From positions 1-48,802 of the forward strand of contig CAJQNH010000045.1 in NCBI GenBank assembly GCA_905479615.1: a stretch of DNA of 48,802 nt, read 5' to 3'. Made by a program: the position numbers and the translations under genes. Origin of the DNA: an uncultured Eudoraea sp. (lineage in GTDB: Bacteria; Bacteroidota; Bacteroidia; Flavobacteriales; Flavobacteriaceae). The number at the start of each line of letters is the position of its first letter. Position 1 is the first letter of the stretch. Below, piece after piece: positions 39,693 to 48,801 of this stretch. The notes under the pieces were generated by a model, which was given only the letters and a program-made list of their open reading frames with translations, was not told the origin of the DNA and ran no database searches.

Positions 39693-39722
39693 TTTGGAAA
39701 TAATCCAAATGTTGTATATTTG
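39693..39722 (+). promoter_or_regulatory. Promoter of the S24 repressor (TTTG-N18-TATATTTG)
   Basis: TTTG at 39693-39696 overlaps the box at 39696. TATATTTG at 39715-39722. Confidence 0.65.
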
Positions 39723-39842
39723 AGAATCCTGAATAGGGAAACTTTCCAATAAATAAGATGAGACGAAGTATTCTTTACTGTTTAGATAGATAAGAAAACA
39801 GCTTTAGACATAAGTATAAGACTAAAAAAAAGGAAAATTACA

Positions 39843-40595
39843 ATGGAAAATGAACTTACTATAAAGAGATTTATTGAAATAAGGCGGGAATTGGGATATA
39901 CACAGGCCGAATTTGCCAGTATGCTGGGTATTCCTAACACTACTGCAGATATAGAGCGTGGCCGCACCAAACTTTCTGGAAAGGTTGTCGTTGAAATGTT
40001 AAAACAATTTAATGTTAACCCACTATGGCTATTTGGAGATAGTAACAATCAACATTTAAATTATTCGGGAACCAGTGTAATCCCCAAAGTGGTAACTGTA
40101 GATTCTTCGGATAATGACAATATGGTATTGGTAAATGCAAAGGCTGCAGCGGGTTATCCCCAAAATATTCAGGACACAAGTTGGTACAAACAATTGCCCG
40201 CCTTTGATCTCCCACTTCCTGAATTCAGAAATGCTACTTACAGGGGCTTCCAGGTTGAAGGGGATAGTATGTTGCCTAATCTGCAGCCTGGCGAATGGTT
40301 ACTGGCTAAGGCGGTTGAGGGACTGGATGATATAAGTCGTAATAAGATATATGTAGTTGTACTTCATGATGCTGTACTGGTTAAAAAGATTGAGAAATTA
40401 CCTGGGAATTCAAAAATGCTTTTGATTTCACTTAACGAAATCTATCCGCCTTATGAAATAGAATCGGAGCAGATACAGGAACTTTGGCAGGTAAGCAGCA
40501 AAATAACCTTTGGAGTAGATGCTACAACAGAAAAAGGCTTACTAAGACAATTGCAGGAATCTATGGAAGAGTTAAAAAACCAATTAAGGAAGTAA
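39843..40595 (+). CDS. XRE-HTH + S24 peptidase repressor (non-canonical LexA-like)
   Basis: HTH (TQAEFASMLG...IERG), Ala-Gly cleavage site AAAGY, catalytic Ser in GDSM, catalytic Lys in VLVKKI, C-terminal coiled coil. Confidence 0.9.
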   Translation: MENELTIKRFIEIRRELGYTQAEFASMLGIPNTTADIERGRTKLSGKVVVEMLKQFNVNPLWLFGDSNNQHLNYSGTSVIPKVVTVDSSDNDNMVLVNAKAAAGYPQNIQDTSWYKQLPAFDLPLPEFRNATYRGFQVEGDSMLPNLQPGEWLLAKAVEGLDDISRNKIYVVVLHDAVLVKKIEKLPGNSKMLLISLNEIYPPYEIESEQIQELWQVSSKITFGVDATTEKGLLRQLQESMEELKNQLRK

Positions 40596-40619
40596 TTTTT
40601 AATCCAAACCCTCTAAGGT

Positions 40620-42302
40620 TTAGAAACCAACCGCTGTATCATCTCCTCGTTTATCTGCACCTCCTTCAAGGCTTCCATCAGGTAAAACCAGAATAGCATC
40701 TACTTTTCCAAGGATAGGAGTGGGTTTCTCATTAATATGGTAACCTTTGGATTTCAACTCATTTTTCAACGCATCTGAAAATCCTTCTGTTTCAAAAACG
40801 ATATGATCCGGTAACCACTGATGATGGAATCTGGGAGCATTAACAGATTCTTGCATACTCAAATTAAATTCATAAGTATTTAGAATTGTCTGTGCAACAG
40901 CTGTAATAATTGTAGATCCACCTGGAGAACCGACAACCATCCAAAGATCATCGCCTTTTTCAACAATAGTAGGGGTCATTGAGCTTAGCATACGTTTCTC
41001 AGCTGCTATACTATTGGCTTCAGCTCCTATAAGCCCAAACATATTGGGCTCTCCAGGTTTAGCACTAAAATCATCCATTTCATTATTCAAGAAGAATCCT
41101 AATTCATCGCAATAGAGTTTGGAACCATATGCTCCGTTTAAGGTTGTGGTTACAGAAACAGCATTTCCCATTTGGTCCACAATAGAATAATGAGTAGTCT
41201 CACTACTTTCTATAATTTCCACGGCACCGTGCTGCACTTCGCCAGAGGGAGTAGCTGCATCAAATGAAAAGTTCTCCATTCTGGCTTGTAAATACTTCTT
41301 GCTTAATAAAACATCGAGTGGAATAACTACAAAATCAGGATCGCCAAGGAAGAAATTCCTGTCGGCATAAGCCCGCCTTGCAGCCTCAGTAAACAACTGA
41401 ATAGATTTAGTAGAATTATGACCAAAGTCTGAGATGTCATATGATTCAATCATCTTAAAGATTTGATTTATCGTTACACCACCACTGCTGGGAGGGCTCA
41501 TTGAAATTATCCTTAAGTCTTTGTAATTAAACACAATGGGCTGTCTCCATTTGGCCTCATACCTCGCCAGATCTTCTTCAGTTACATAACCACCTTTTTC
41601 CTGAATAAATCTTGCCAGTATTTTAGCGGTTTCTCCCTTGTAGAATTCATCCCTTCCGTTTATTGCTATTCTCCTTAATGTATTCGCCAGAGCAGGATAT
41701 CTTAATGTGTCTCCGGCATCACATTTATTGTAAAATAAGGTGTTTTCTCCATTCACACTTTTAATCTGCTCCCAATACTTTTCAAACCTGGCTGCCTGCT
41801 TTGGAGTTACCTCAACTCCTTGATCAACCAGTTCTATAACCGGGTCTATAATATCTTTTATGGCTAGCGTGCCAAATTTATCGTGCACTTCAAAAATACC
41901 GGCAATTGTTCCGGGTACTCCAGTGGCACTTGCTCCCATCGTACTCTTTCCCGGAATAACATTGCCCAGAGAATCCAGATACATATCCTTGTGGGCCGCC
42001 AATGGAGCCTTTTCGCGATAATCAATGGCTCCTATATTGCCATCACTTTTCCGGTAAACCATAAATCCGCCACCACCAAGGTTCCCTGCAAAAGGATAAG
42101 CCACTGCCAATGCAAGTTCAGTACCAACCATTGCGTCAAATGCATTTCCTCCTTTTTGAAGTATGGCTATTCCAATCTTTGAAGCCTCTATTCGTGCAGA
42201 TACTACCATGGCATTTTTGCTCACAACGCCAGTCGGCTGAGGATGTTGTTTTTTACATTGTGTAAAAAGTAGAAGCGTAAAAAGAAGAATTAGTATTCGC
42301 AT
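40620..42302 (-). CDS. ggt: Gamma-glutamyltransferase (probable lipoprotein)
   Basis: GGNAFDA, GGGGF, DYREKAP, autoprocessing site SE-TTHYS, NNEMDDF, SSMTPT, GSPGG. Confidence 0.96.
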   Translation of the reverse strand: MRILILLFTLLLFTQCKKQHPQPTGVVSKNAMVVSARIEASKIGIAILQKGGNAFDAMVGTELALAVAYPFAGNLGGGGFMVYRKSDGNIGAIDYREKAPLAAHKDMYLDSLGNVIPGKSTMGASATGVPGTIAGIFEVHDKFGTLAIKDIIDPVIELVDQGVEVTPKQAARFEKYWEQIKSVNGENTLFYNKCDAGDTLRYPALANTLRRIAINGRDEFYKGETAKILARFIQEKGGYVTEEDLARYEAKWRQPIVFNYKDLRIISMSPPSSGGVTINQIFKMIESYDISDFGHNSTKSIQLFTEAARRAYADRNFFLGDPDFVVIPLDVLLSKKYLQARMENFSFDAATPSGEVQHGAVEIIESSETTHYSIVDQMGNAVSVTTTLNGAYGSKLYCDELGFFLNNEMDDFSAKPGEPNMFGLIGAEANSIAAEKRMLSSMTPTIVEKGDDLWMVVGSPGGSTIITAVAQTILNTYEFNLSMQESVNAPRFHHQWLPDHIVFETEGFSDALKNELKSKGYHINEKPTPILGKVDAILVLPDGSLEGGADKRGDDTAVGF

Positions 42303-42883
42303 ATTGATGTATATTTTTGTTTGGAAAAGACCACAAGTTCATTAAAAAAGTCCGTAAATTCTAACTCAAAAGCTTCGTAGTTTTCTTCAAGATCAAGAAT
42401 CGCAAAATTCATTTTACTTTTGTTATTGGTTCTTCTGTTCATTCCATTTAATACTCTGCCTATTCCTTCTATTTTAGCATAATTCAGGAGCCAATTGTCA
42501 CTTATCATATAAGGGATCATTCGTTTAGTTCCATCAGGCAGAATGGTAATATTATCCTCCAGTAAATCATAAAATTTATCTACAAAAATAGTTAAGGGAG
42601 TATCCGAATATCGCTTCCAGTTTTTTGCTAAAAAGTGATCATAAAAAATATCGACTATTACCCTGCTATAGTGACTGTAATTCTGGTGTAATCTTTTACT
42701 GCTAATCCTGGTTATGGGGTGTGCGTCTGTATAGGTGTCTATTTCACGATGCAATAAGATTCCTTTTTGTATTCTATCTGGAAGGTGTTTGTATTTATTT
42801 CCTCTTATGCTGTCAGCAATAAAATTTCCAATGGTTATTTCGTCATCTCCAAAGGATAAATATATATGTGCTAAAAAATTCAT
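42290..42883 (-). CDS. acpH: Acyl carrier protein phosphodiesterase
   Basis: MNFLAH, GNFIAD, LHREIDTYTDAH, DIFYDHFLA. Overlaps the ggt start by 13 bp. Confidence 0.9.
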   Translation of the reverse strand: MNFLAHIYLSFGDDEITIGNFIADSIRGNKYKHLPDRIQKGILLHREIDTYTDAHPITRISSKRLHQNYSHYSRVIVDIFYDHFLAKNWKRYSDTPLTIFVDKFYDLLEDNITILPDGTKRMIPYMISDNWLLNYAKIEGIGRVLNGMNRRTNNKSKMNFAILDLEENYEAFELEFTDFFNELVVFSKQKYTSICEY

Positions 42884-42950
42884 TCAGTACGAATATAATC
42901 TTAGCAACTGAATTTACAAATTAGGAGTGCATGATAATTCCTAAGACATG

Positions 42951-42958
42951 TATATTTG
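42951..42958 (+). promoter_or_regulatory. -7 promoter element for glmM
   Basis: TATATTTG 20 bp upstream of ATG 42979. Confidence 0.6.
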
Positions 42959-42978
42959 CAAAAACTATTTAATACTCT

Positions 42979-44370
42979 ATGACGTTAATAAAATCAATTT
43001 CAGGCATAAGAGGTACAATAGGCGGGAAGCCTAACGACAATCTCACTCCCATTGATACTGTAAAATTTGCAGCAGCTTATGGCACATGGCTAAAAAGTTA
43101 TTCCCAATCAGATAATTTGAAGGTGGTTGTGGGACGGGATGCCCGGCTATCGGGTGAAATGATTCAGAATTTAGTGGTTTCTACTTTGGTCGGACTCGGA
43201 ATAGATGTTATAGACCTTGGGTTGTCTACTACTCCTACTGTGGAAATAGCAGTTCCCCTTGAAAAAGCCAATGGGGGTATTATACTTACGGCGAGTCACA
43301 ATCCAAAACAATGGAATGCCTTAAAACTATTAAATGAAAAGGGTGAATTTCTTGATGCTGCGGAAGGCGCAATTATTCTTGAAATAGCAGAAAAAGAAGA
43401 TTTTGATTTTTCGGAGGTAGATGATTTGGGGTCAATTATTAAAAATGATGCTTATATAGATATACATATCGATGAAGTACTGGAACTACCTTTGGTAGAT
43501 GCGAATACCATACGAAAGGCAGGTTTTAAAGTTGTGGTAGACGGTGTAAACTCCACGGGAGGTATAGCCATCCCTAAACTACTAGAGACTCTGGGTGTTG
43601 AAGTTATAAAGCTATATTGCGATCCTACGGGTCATTTTCCACATAATCCTGAACCTTTGAAAGAACATTTAGGAGATATCTGTGAGCTTGTGATAAAGGA
43701 AAAAGCCGATTTTGGAATAGTAGTTGATCCGGATGTTGATCGTTTGGCATTCATTAGTAATGATGGCGAAATGTTTGGAGAAGAATACACCTTAGTGGCT
43801 TGTGCAGACTATGTGCTCGGTAAAACTCCTGGAAACACTGTTTCCAATTTGTCCTCTTCCAGAGCATTGCGGGATATCACCCTAAAGCATGGGGGCTCAT
43901 ATACTGCGGCTGCCGTAGGTGAAGTCAATGTAGTTGCCCAAATGAAGGCCATTAATGCGATCATTGGAGGAGAAGGGAATGGAGGTATTATTTATCCTCA
44001 AAGCCATTATGGAAGAGATTCCCTAGTAGGTACAGCGCTATTTTTAATGCTAATGGCAGAACGCGGGGGGACGGTAAGCGATCTACGGAAAAGTTATCCC
44101 ACCTATTTTATGAGCAAGAAAAAGATTCAGCTTACACCAGAGCTTAATGTAGACGAGGTATTATTGCAAATGGCTGAAAAATACAAGGAAGAAAAGCATT
44201 CCACCATAGATGGTGTTAAAATTGACTTTGCGAACTCTTGGGTTCACCTGAGAAAATCGAATACAGAGCCAATTATCAGGATATATACAGAAGCTCCTGG
44301 TCAGACTGAGGCAGATGATCTTGCACAAAAAGTAATAAAGGAAATAGAAGAGATTACATCTCCCATGTAA
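42979..44370 (+). CDS. glmM: Phosphoglucosamine mutase / alpha-D-phosphohexomutase
   Basis: SGIRG, TASHNP (phospho-Ser), DPDVDR, GEGNGG, RKSNTEP. Confidence 0.88.
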   Translation: MTLIKSISGIRGTIGGKPNDNLTPIDTVKFAAAYGTWLKSYSQSDNLKVVVGRDARLSGEMIQNLVVSTLVGLGIDVIDLGLSTTPTVEIAVPLEKANGGIILTASHNPKQWNALKLLNEKGEFLDAAEGAIILEIAEKEDFDFSEVDDLGSIIKNDAYIDIHIDEVLELPLVDANTIRKAGFKVVVDGVNSTGGIAIPKLLETLGVEVIKLYCDPTGHFPHNPEPLKEHLGDICELVIKEKADFGIVVDPDVDRLAFISNDGEMFGEEYTLVACADYVLGKTPGNTVSNLSSSRALRDITLKHGGSYTAAAVGEVNVVAQMKAINAIIGGEGNGGIIYPQSHYGRDSLVGTALFLMLMAERGGTVSDLRKSYPTYFMSKKKIQLTPELNVDEVLLQMAEKYKEEKHSTIDGVKIDFANSWVHLRKSNTEPIIRIYTEAPGQTEADDLAQKVIKEIEEITSPM

Positions 44371-45258
44371 TTAGGACGCTGTTTGTGGAACTTTGTCGCT
44401 ATGCTTCCACCGTCGGTGGGTCCATAAATAATACTCAGGGCGTTCTTTTATCTGCTGTTCTGTGAGCCTGAGGAATTTCTCGGTGATCTCATTTTTTTTG
44501 GTACTTTTTCCGTTGGTGGTAATTGGAATAAACTCTGCATTGTAATAGCCTCGTTTCACTTTGGAAACTTTTAAAAATACTACGGCTAAGTCTAATTTTT
44601 GCGCCAACGCCTCCGCTCCATTAAAAACAGGCACCTTGACACCCATAAAAGTACTCCAAAATTGGGCTCTGTTGGCCATCGGGGATTGATCACTTACCAT
44701 TCCGTAAACACTACGAATCGATTGTTGCTCGTTGCGAATGACTGTTTTAACCGTTTCTCCTTGCTCTATGGGAGTAGTATTCCATTTTGCTCTCATTTTT
44801 TTTATTAAACGATCGAAATATTGGTTATCAATTTTTTGATATACAGCATATCCTTTAGACGTGACATAGTTATTCATACTCACGTTCCATTCCCAGTTGG
44901 CATAATGTGAACAGACTATTAGTATACTTTTCTCTTTTTCGATCTCCTTGATTACCTCAATATTCAGCACATTAAATCGCTTTTTTACTTGTTCTTTGGT
45001 AAGATGCATAGTTTTTATCATTTCCAAAAAAAGATCACATAAATGCCTGTAAAATCGTTTGCGCACTAGAATTAATTCCTCTTCTGATTTCTCCGGAAAG
45101 GTCAATTTTAAATTATCTCTAACAACTTTTTTGCGGTAACCAATAACATAATACAGCAGAAAAAACACCAAATTAGAAAAGCCATAAAAAAGATGATACG
45201 GAAGGATTGAAATCAGCCATAAAAAGGGATAGGACAAAATATAAACAAGTAGCTGCAT
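44371..45258 (-). CDS. Lipid A/lysophospholipid acyltransferase (LpxL/HtrB family)
   Basis: N-terminal membrane segment, HYANWE, DQSP, YLWTHRRWK. Confidence 0.9.
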   Translation of the reverse strand: MQLLVYILSYPFLWLISILPYHLFYGFSNLVFFLLYYVIGYRKKVVRDNLKLTFPEKSEEELILVRKRFYRHLCDLFLEMIKTMHLTKEQVKKRFNVLNIEVIKEIEKEKSILIVCSHYANWEWNVSMNNYVTSKGYAVYQKIDNQYFDRLIKKMRAKWNTTPIEQGETVKTVIRNEQQSIRSVYGMVSDQSPMANRAQFWSTFMGVKVPVFNGAEALAQKLDLAVVFLKVSKVKRGYYNAEFIPITTNGKSTKKNEITEKFLRLTEQQIKERPEYYLWTHRRWKHSDKVPQTAS

Positions 45259-45275
45259 GCGAAATAAACTATGCG

Positions 45276-45293
45276 CAAATATAGCTATATTTG
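45276..45293. promoter_or_regulatory. Palindromic bidirectional promoter core
   Basis: CAAATATAGCTATATTTG is a perfect 18-bp palindrome carrying TATATTTG on each strand. Confidence 0.7.
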
Positions 45294-45305
45294 GCGCTTA
45301 ATTAA

Positions 45306-45965
45306 ATGGATAGTTTTATGAATATGCATCTTGCAACTATCGCAATAATGGCGGTAAATGTTTTGATATCCCTCAAAGGTTTTAACGATGTTGTGTTTTT
45401 CGATCGCTATAAGTTTGCAATTGGGGCAATAAAGGCAGGGCAGCGCGATAGAATGGTGACTTCAGGATTTCTTCATGTGGATATTTCCCATCTCTTCATG
45501 AATATGTTTACGCTATATTTCTTTGCTCCTGTTGTAATCAACTGGTTTGGATGGGAAAAATTTTTAATTATTTATTTTGTTAGTCTTATAGCCGGAAGTT
45601 TATTGGCCCTTTTTTTTCACAAGGATGAACCTTTTTATAGCGCCGTGGGAGCAAGTGGTGCAGTTACCGGAGTTTTATATGCCGCCATTTTACTCCAACC
45701 TGATATGCAACTGGGAATCATGTTTATTCCAATTCCAATCCCGGCATATATTCTGGGTCTTGCCTACATGCTATATTCAATTTATGGAATGAAAAAACGC
45801 CTGGGTAATATTGGACATACTGCACATTTCGGAGGGGCTATAGGAGGATACGCAACAACTTTACTTTTTAAACCAGATCTTATAATTACCGATACCACAA
45901 TGGTAATACTTCTTGCTATTCCAATAGTGATATTATTTGTTCTGGAGAAATTAGGTAAAATCTAA
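45306..45965 (+). CDS. Rhomboid family intramembrane serine protease
   Basis: FLHVDISHLFMNM, GASG (Ser), AHFGG (His), multiple transmembrane segments. Confidence 0.93.
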   Translation: MDSFMNMHLATIAIMAVNVLISLKGFNDVVFFDRYKFAIGAIKAGQRDRMVTSGFLHVDISHLFMNMFTLYFFAPVVINWFGWEKFLIIYFVSLIAGSLLALFFHKDEPFYSAVGASGAVTGVLYAAILLQPDMQLGIMFIPIPIPAYILGLAYMLYSIYGMKKRLGNIGHTAHFGGAIGGYATTLLFKPDLIITDTTMVILLAIPIVILFVLEKLGKI

Positions 45966-46129
45966 TTGCAAGCAACAAAAAAAGAGGTATTGCCCTACAA
46001 CAAGTACTGGAAAAAACCATCAATTAAAATCAAAAAATTTACCGTTTATCGAAAAAAGTAGGATTTTATATACCTTATTTGTTTTTTGGCCGTTAATTAA
46101 GTGCCCAAATTTAATTAAAATACCTGCTT

Positions 46130-47773
46130 ATGTTTAAAAGAGTCCCTTGTGTATTAATGGCCTTAATGGTCTTTTTTCTATCATGTAGCGACGAAACTAC
46201 TGTCTTTCAGGACGAATTGCAGGATGATGTTTTTTTAGAAAACAGCGAGGCTAAGCTTGTAAGCAGTATCTCCTATGATAAATCAGGTGTACTCGATATC
46301 TTCGAGGAAGAACAATTAACAAACAAGTCTTTTGGTACTGCCAAGGCCGAGCAGGCAGGTGATTATCCCTTAACTCTGGTTGCACAGGTTAAATCTCCAA
46401 CTTATCAGGGCAGAGATAACCTTACAGCCTCCCATGTGCATGTTGATGGTAATTATGCTTATGTCTCATACAACACTGCCGGCGAAGATTATTTTGGTGC
46501 TCTGGATATTATTGATGTTAGTAACCCGTATAGTCCCAGAGTAACTTCCAGGTTATTCTATATAAATGCAGATATGAATTCCTTACAATATAAGGATGGT
46601 TATTTATTTGCAGTAGGAGGTGTTAATGCCGAAACTTCGGTCACAGCTACTTCTAATTCATTTGTAGCTAAAATTGCAGTAGTAAATGGCAGGTTTAGCC
46701 TGGGATCAGGTATTATCTACGGTTTTCAGGAAGGCTTTAATGCTAATGATATTTCTATTGAGAATAGCAAAGTTTTGGTAACCAGTGGTAAAGATGGCTC
46801 CTTAACCGCTTATGATCAATCAGATTTATCTGTGTTAAATGAAGTTCCATTTGCTGATTTGCGCTCATTATCAGTAAATAATGGTTCTATTGCGCTCCTA
46901 AATGCAGGAACCGGAATAACTATTGTTGACTCAAATTTCCTAACACTTAAGGAAATATCAATTTCTTCCGACCTTGGATTGGCATCTAAGAAAATAATAG
47001 ATTTTACCGGAGACAAAATAATTGTTTCTGAAGGAAATAAAGGCGCCGGGGTATATAGCTATTCTACGGGTAGTCTTTTAGAGTATATACCTATTTTGGT
47101 AAATCCTGATGGAGTAGAACAGGCAGATAAAGTAACCAATGCAGTGGCTTCCAATGAAGGCGTATTATTAATGGCAAATGGTGGTGCCGGACTTTGTTTA
47201 TCTGAAGAAAATGGGAATGCCGCAGATCTTTTTGGAATAATTGAATTAGAGGGATCAATTAACTATGTGGCCTCCAAGGATGATTATATTTTTGCCGCTT
47301 CGGGTAGAGAGGGACTTCAGATTATAAAACTAAACAGACCCAGTGCGAGCCTTGAGGCAGAATGCTCAAATACTCCTAAATATTCGGGGAGTCCCGATTT
47401 AAATGTTAGTCAAGGACAAGATTTGGCTTATAGCGGTTCTAAAAGATTTAAAAAATTTGATGTTAGCGGAAATTTACTTTTATGTGGCTCATGGACGGTT
47501 AGAGAAGCTGTTAATATCAATGAAAATGGTTCTTTTGCCATGTCTGGTTCCATTGTTGTAGCAAGAAATAATAAGCGTAGAAATGTAACCGTAAAAGAGG
47601 GTGCAACATTAAAAATAGAGGGAGATGTAACGATTTATGGTGATTTAATACTAAACGATGGCGCTACTCTAGAATTTTTAGGTGACTCCAAGGCAAATAT
47701 ATTTGGAGAAGTTATTGAGAATGGTGATGTAACGATCACGGGTGACTTTGAGGATATCCGAGGAGCATTCTAA
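46130..47773 (+). CDS. Uncharacterised lipoprotein with a probable beta-propeller (LVIVD-like) and a C-terminal beta-rich repeat domain
   Basis: Lipobox FLS-C, ALDIIDVSNP, YIFAASGREGLQII. C-terminal GATLKIEGDVTIYGDL-type repeats. Confidence 0.7.
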   Translation: MFKRVPCVLMALMVFFLSCSDETTVFQDELQDDVFLENSEAKLVSSISYDKSGVLDIFEEEQLTNKSFGTAKAEQAGDYPLTLVAQVKSPTYQGRDNLTASHVHVDGNYAYVSYNTAGEDYFGALDIIDVSNPYSPRVTSRLFYINADMNSLQYKDGYLFAVGGVNAETSVTATSNSFVAKIAVVNGRFSLGSGIIYGFQEGFNANDISIENSKVLVTSGKDGSLTAYDQSDLSVLNEVPFADLRSLSVNNGSIALLNAGTGITIVDSNFLTLKEISISSDLGLASKKIIDFTGDKIIVSEGNKGAGVYSYSTGSLLEYIPILVNPDGVEQADKVTNAVASNEGVLLMANGGAGLCLSEENGNAADLFGIIELEGSINYVASKDDYIFAASGREGLQIIKLNRPSASLEAECSNTPKYSGSPDLNVSQGQDLAYSGSKRFKKFDVSGNLLLCGSWTVREAVNINENGSFAMSGSIVVARNNKRRNVTVKEGATLKIEGDVTIYGDLILNDGATLEFLGDSKANIFGEVIENGDVTITGDFEDIRGAF

Positions 47774-47787
47774 AACCCGACTTCATA

Positions 47788-47827
47788 AATAAAAAAGCCC
47801 TTACAAAGTTGTAAGGGCTTTTTTATT
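47788..47827. terminator. Bidirectional rho-independent terminator
   Basis: AATAAAAAAGCCCTTACAA-AG-TTGTAAGGGCTTTTTTATT between convergent genes. Confidence 0.92.
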
Positions 47828-47841
47828 GAATTAACTAATTG

Positions 47842-48801
47842 TTATTGCAACAACTGTGCAATCTTATTTTCAAGGGCAGGGCCTCTTAAATCTTTTGCAA
47901 TAATAACTCCGTTTTCGTCGAGGATGAATGTTGCAGGGATTGCCTTAACATTATAGAGTTCAGCGATTTCATCAAAATATTGAACATTTGAAACGTGGTT
48001 CCAGACTAAACCATCGTCTTCAATTGCCTTTGTCCAGTCTTCAGCCCGCCTGTCTAAAGAAACTCCAAGAATATTCAACCCTTTGTCATGGTATTTGTTA
48101 TAAACCTGAACTACATTGGGATTCTCTGCTCTGCAAGGTTTACACCATGCGGCCCAAAAATCTACTATAGTTATTTTTCCCAAAACATCGTTAAGAGCCA
48201 ACTCATCACCAGTAGGGGTTGGAGCAGAAAAATTTGGTGCCTTTACGCCAATTGAAGTACTTACTAGCTTATCAAGTTTATTTTTTATTCGTTGTCCCAC
48301 AACAGTTTCTTTTATCGTTGGTGTGAGTGTCTCATACAATTCCAGAATTTCATTTTCGGGAAGTGCCTTAGTTGCCAGGACCTTTTCAATGATCAATGCC
48401 GAAATAAGGGCCTCTGGATGTTCTTTAGCAAATTTCAGTTCAAAAGTTTTGGCTTCTTCTTGTAATTCAAAGTATTCATCCCTCAAAGATGTCATCGAAG
48501 CCGTATCCTGATGTGCAGTGGCGTTCCTCATTTCATCAGACATAGATCTTGCCCTTTGAGCCAGGCTTCTTGATTCTTCCAGAAAATTAGCGAATAAGTC
48601 ATTTTGTAAGGTGCCTTTCATTTCGGCAAAAGCCAGGCTGTCTTTTTGCGCATTGACCTCTATAGAACCGTTTTCCAGAACTACAGGAATATTACCTCGC
48701 ACCCTGTTTATTAATAAATAATGAAGCTCCGGCATTTCAGAGGTTCCTGTAAATGTAAACTTTCCGTTTTCTAACAAAGCAGTGTCTACCTCAATTAACT
48801 G
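47842..48801 (-). CDS. TlpA-family thiol-disulfide oxidoreductase (DUF4369-like N-terminus), 5'-truncated by the window edge
   Basis: DFWAAWCKPCR, APNF, GVSLD, AIP. Frame is open to the window end (QLIEVDTALLENG). Confidence 0.92.
   Translation of the reverse strand, partial: QLIEVDTALLENGKFTFTGTSEMPELHYLLINRVRGNIPVVLENGSIEVNAQKDSLAFAEMKGTLQNDLFANFLEESRSLAQRARSMSDEMRNATAHQDTASMTSLRDEYFELQEEAKTFELKFAKEHPEALISALIIEKVLATKALPENEILELYETLTPTIKETVVGQRIKNKLDKLVSTSIGVKAPNFSAPTPTGDELALNDVLGKITIVDFWAAWCKPCRAENPNVVQVYNKYHDKGLNILGVSLDRRAEDWTKAIEDDGLVWNHVSNVQYFDEIAELYNVKAIPATFILDENGVIIAKDLRGPALENKIAQLLQ

Larger units (their letters stand above)
39637..39747. promoter_or_regulatory. Operator array: four GGA-N5-TCC boxes plus one 1-mismatch box
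   Basis: GGAAATATTCC at 39656, GGAAATTTTCC at 39674, GGAAATAATCC at 39696, GGAAACTTTCC at 39737, and GTATAATATCC at 39637. Confidence 0.85.

Noticed and set aside
39637-39747. Spaced palindromic repeats as a mini-CRISPR array or IS ends
   Set aside because: The repeats are only 11 bp with 7-30 bp gaps, and there is no cas or transposase gene. They fit operator boxes.
39843-40595. CI-like repressor as a prophage marker
   Set aside because: There are no integrase, structural or replication genes. The flanks are chromosomal repair and housekeeping genes.
46093-46118. Two TTAATTAA palindromes upstream of the orphan lipoprotein
   Set aside because: They are pure-AT 8-mers in AT-rich intergenic DNA and cannot be distinguished from chance.
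1534-48511. Many 60-209 aa antisense or out-of-frame ORFs (e.g. 37265..37894, 35977..36435, 9775..10194, 39782..40048)
   Set aside because: They lie within or largely overlap well-supported genes and have no recognisable motifs, so they are shadow ORFs.
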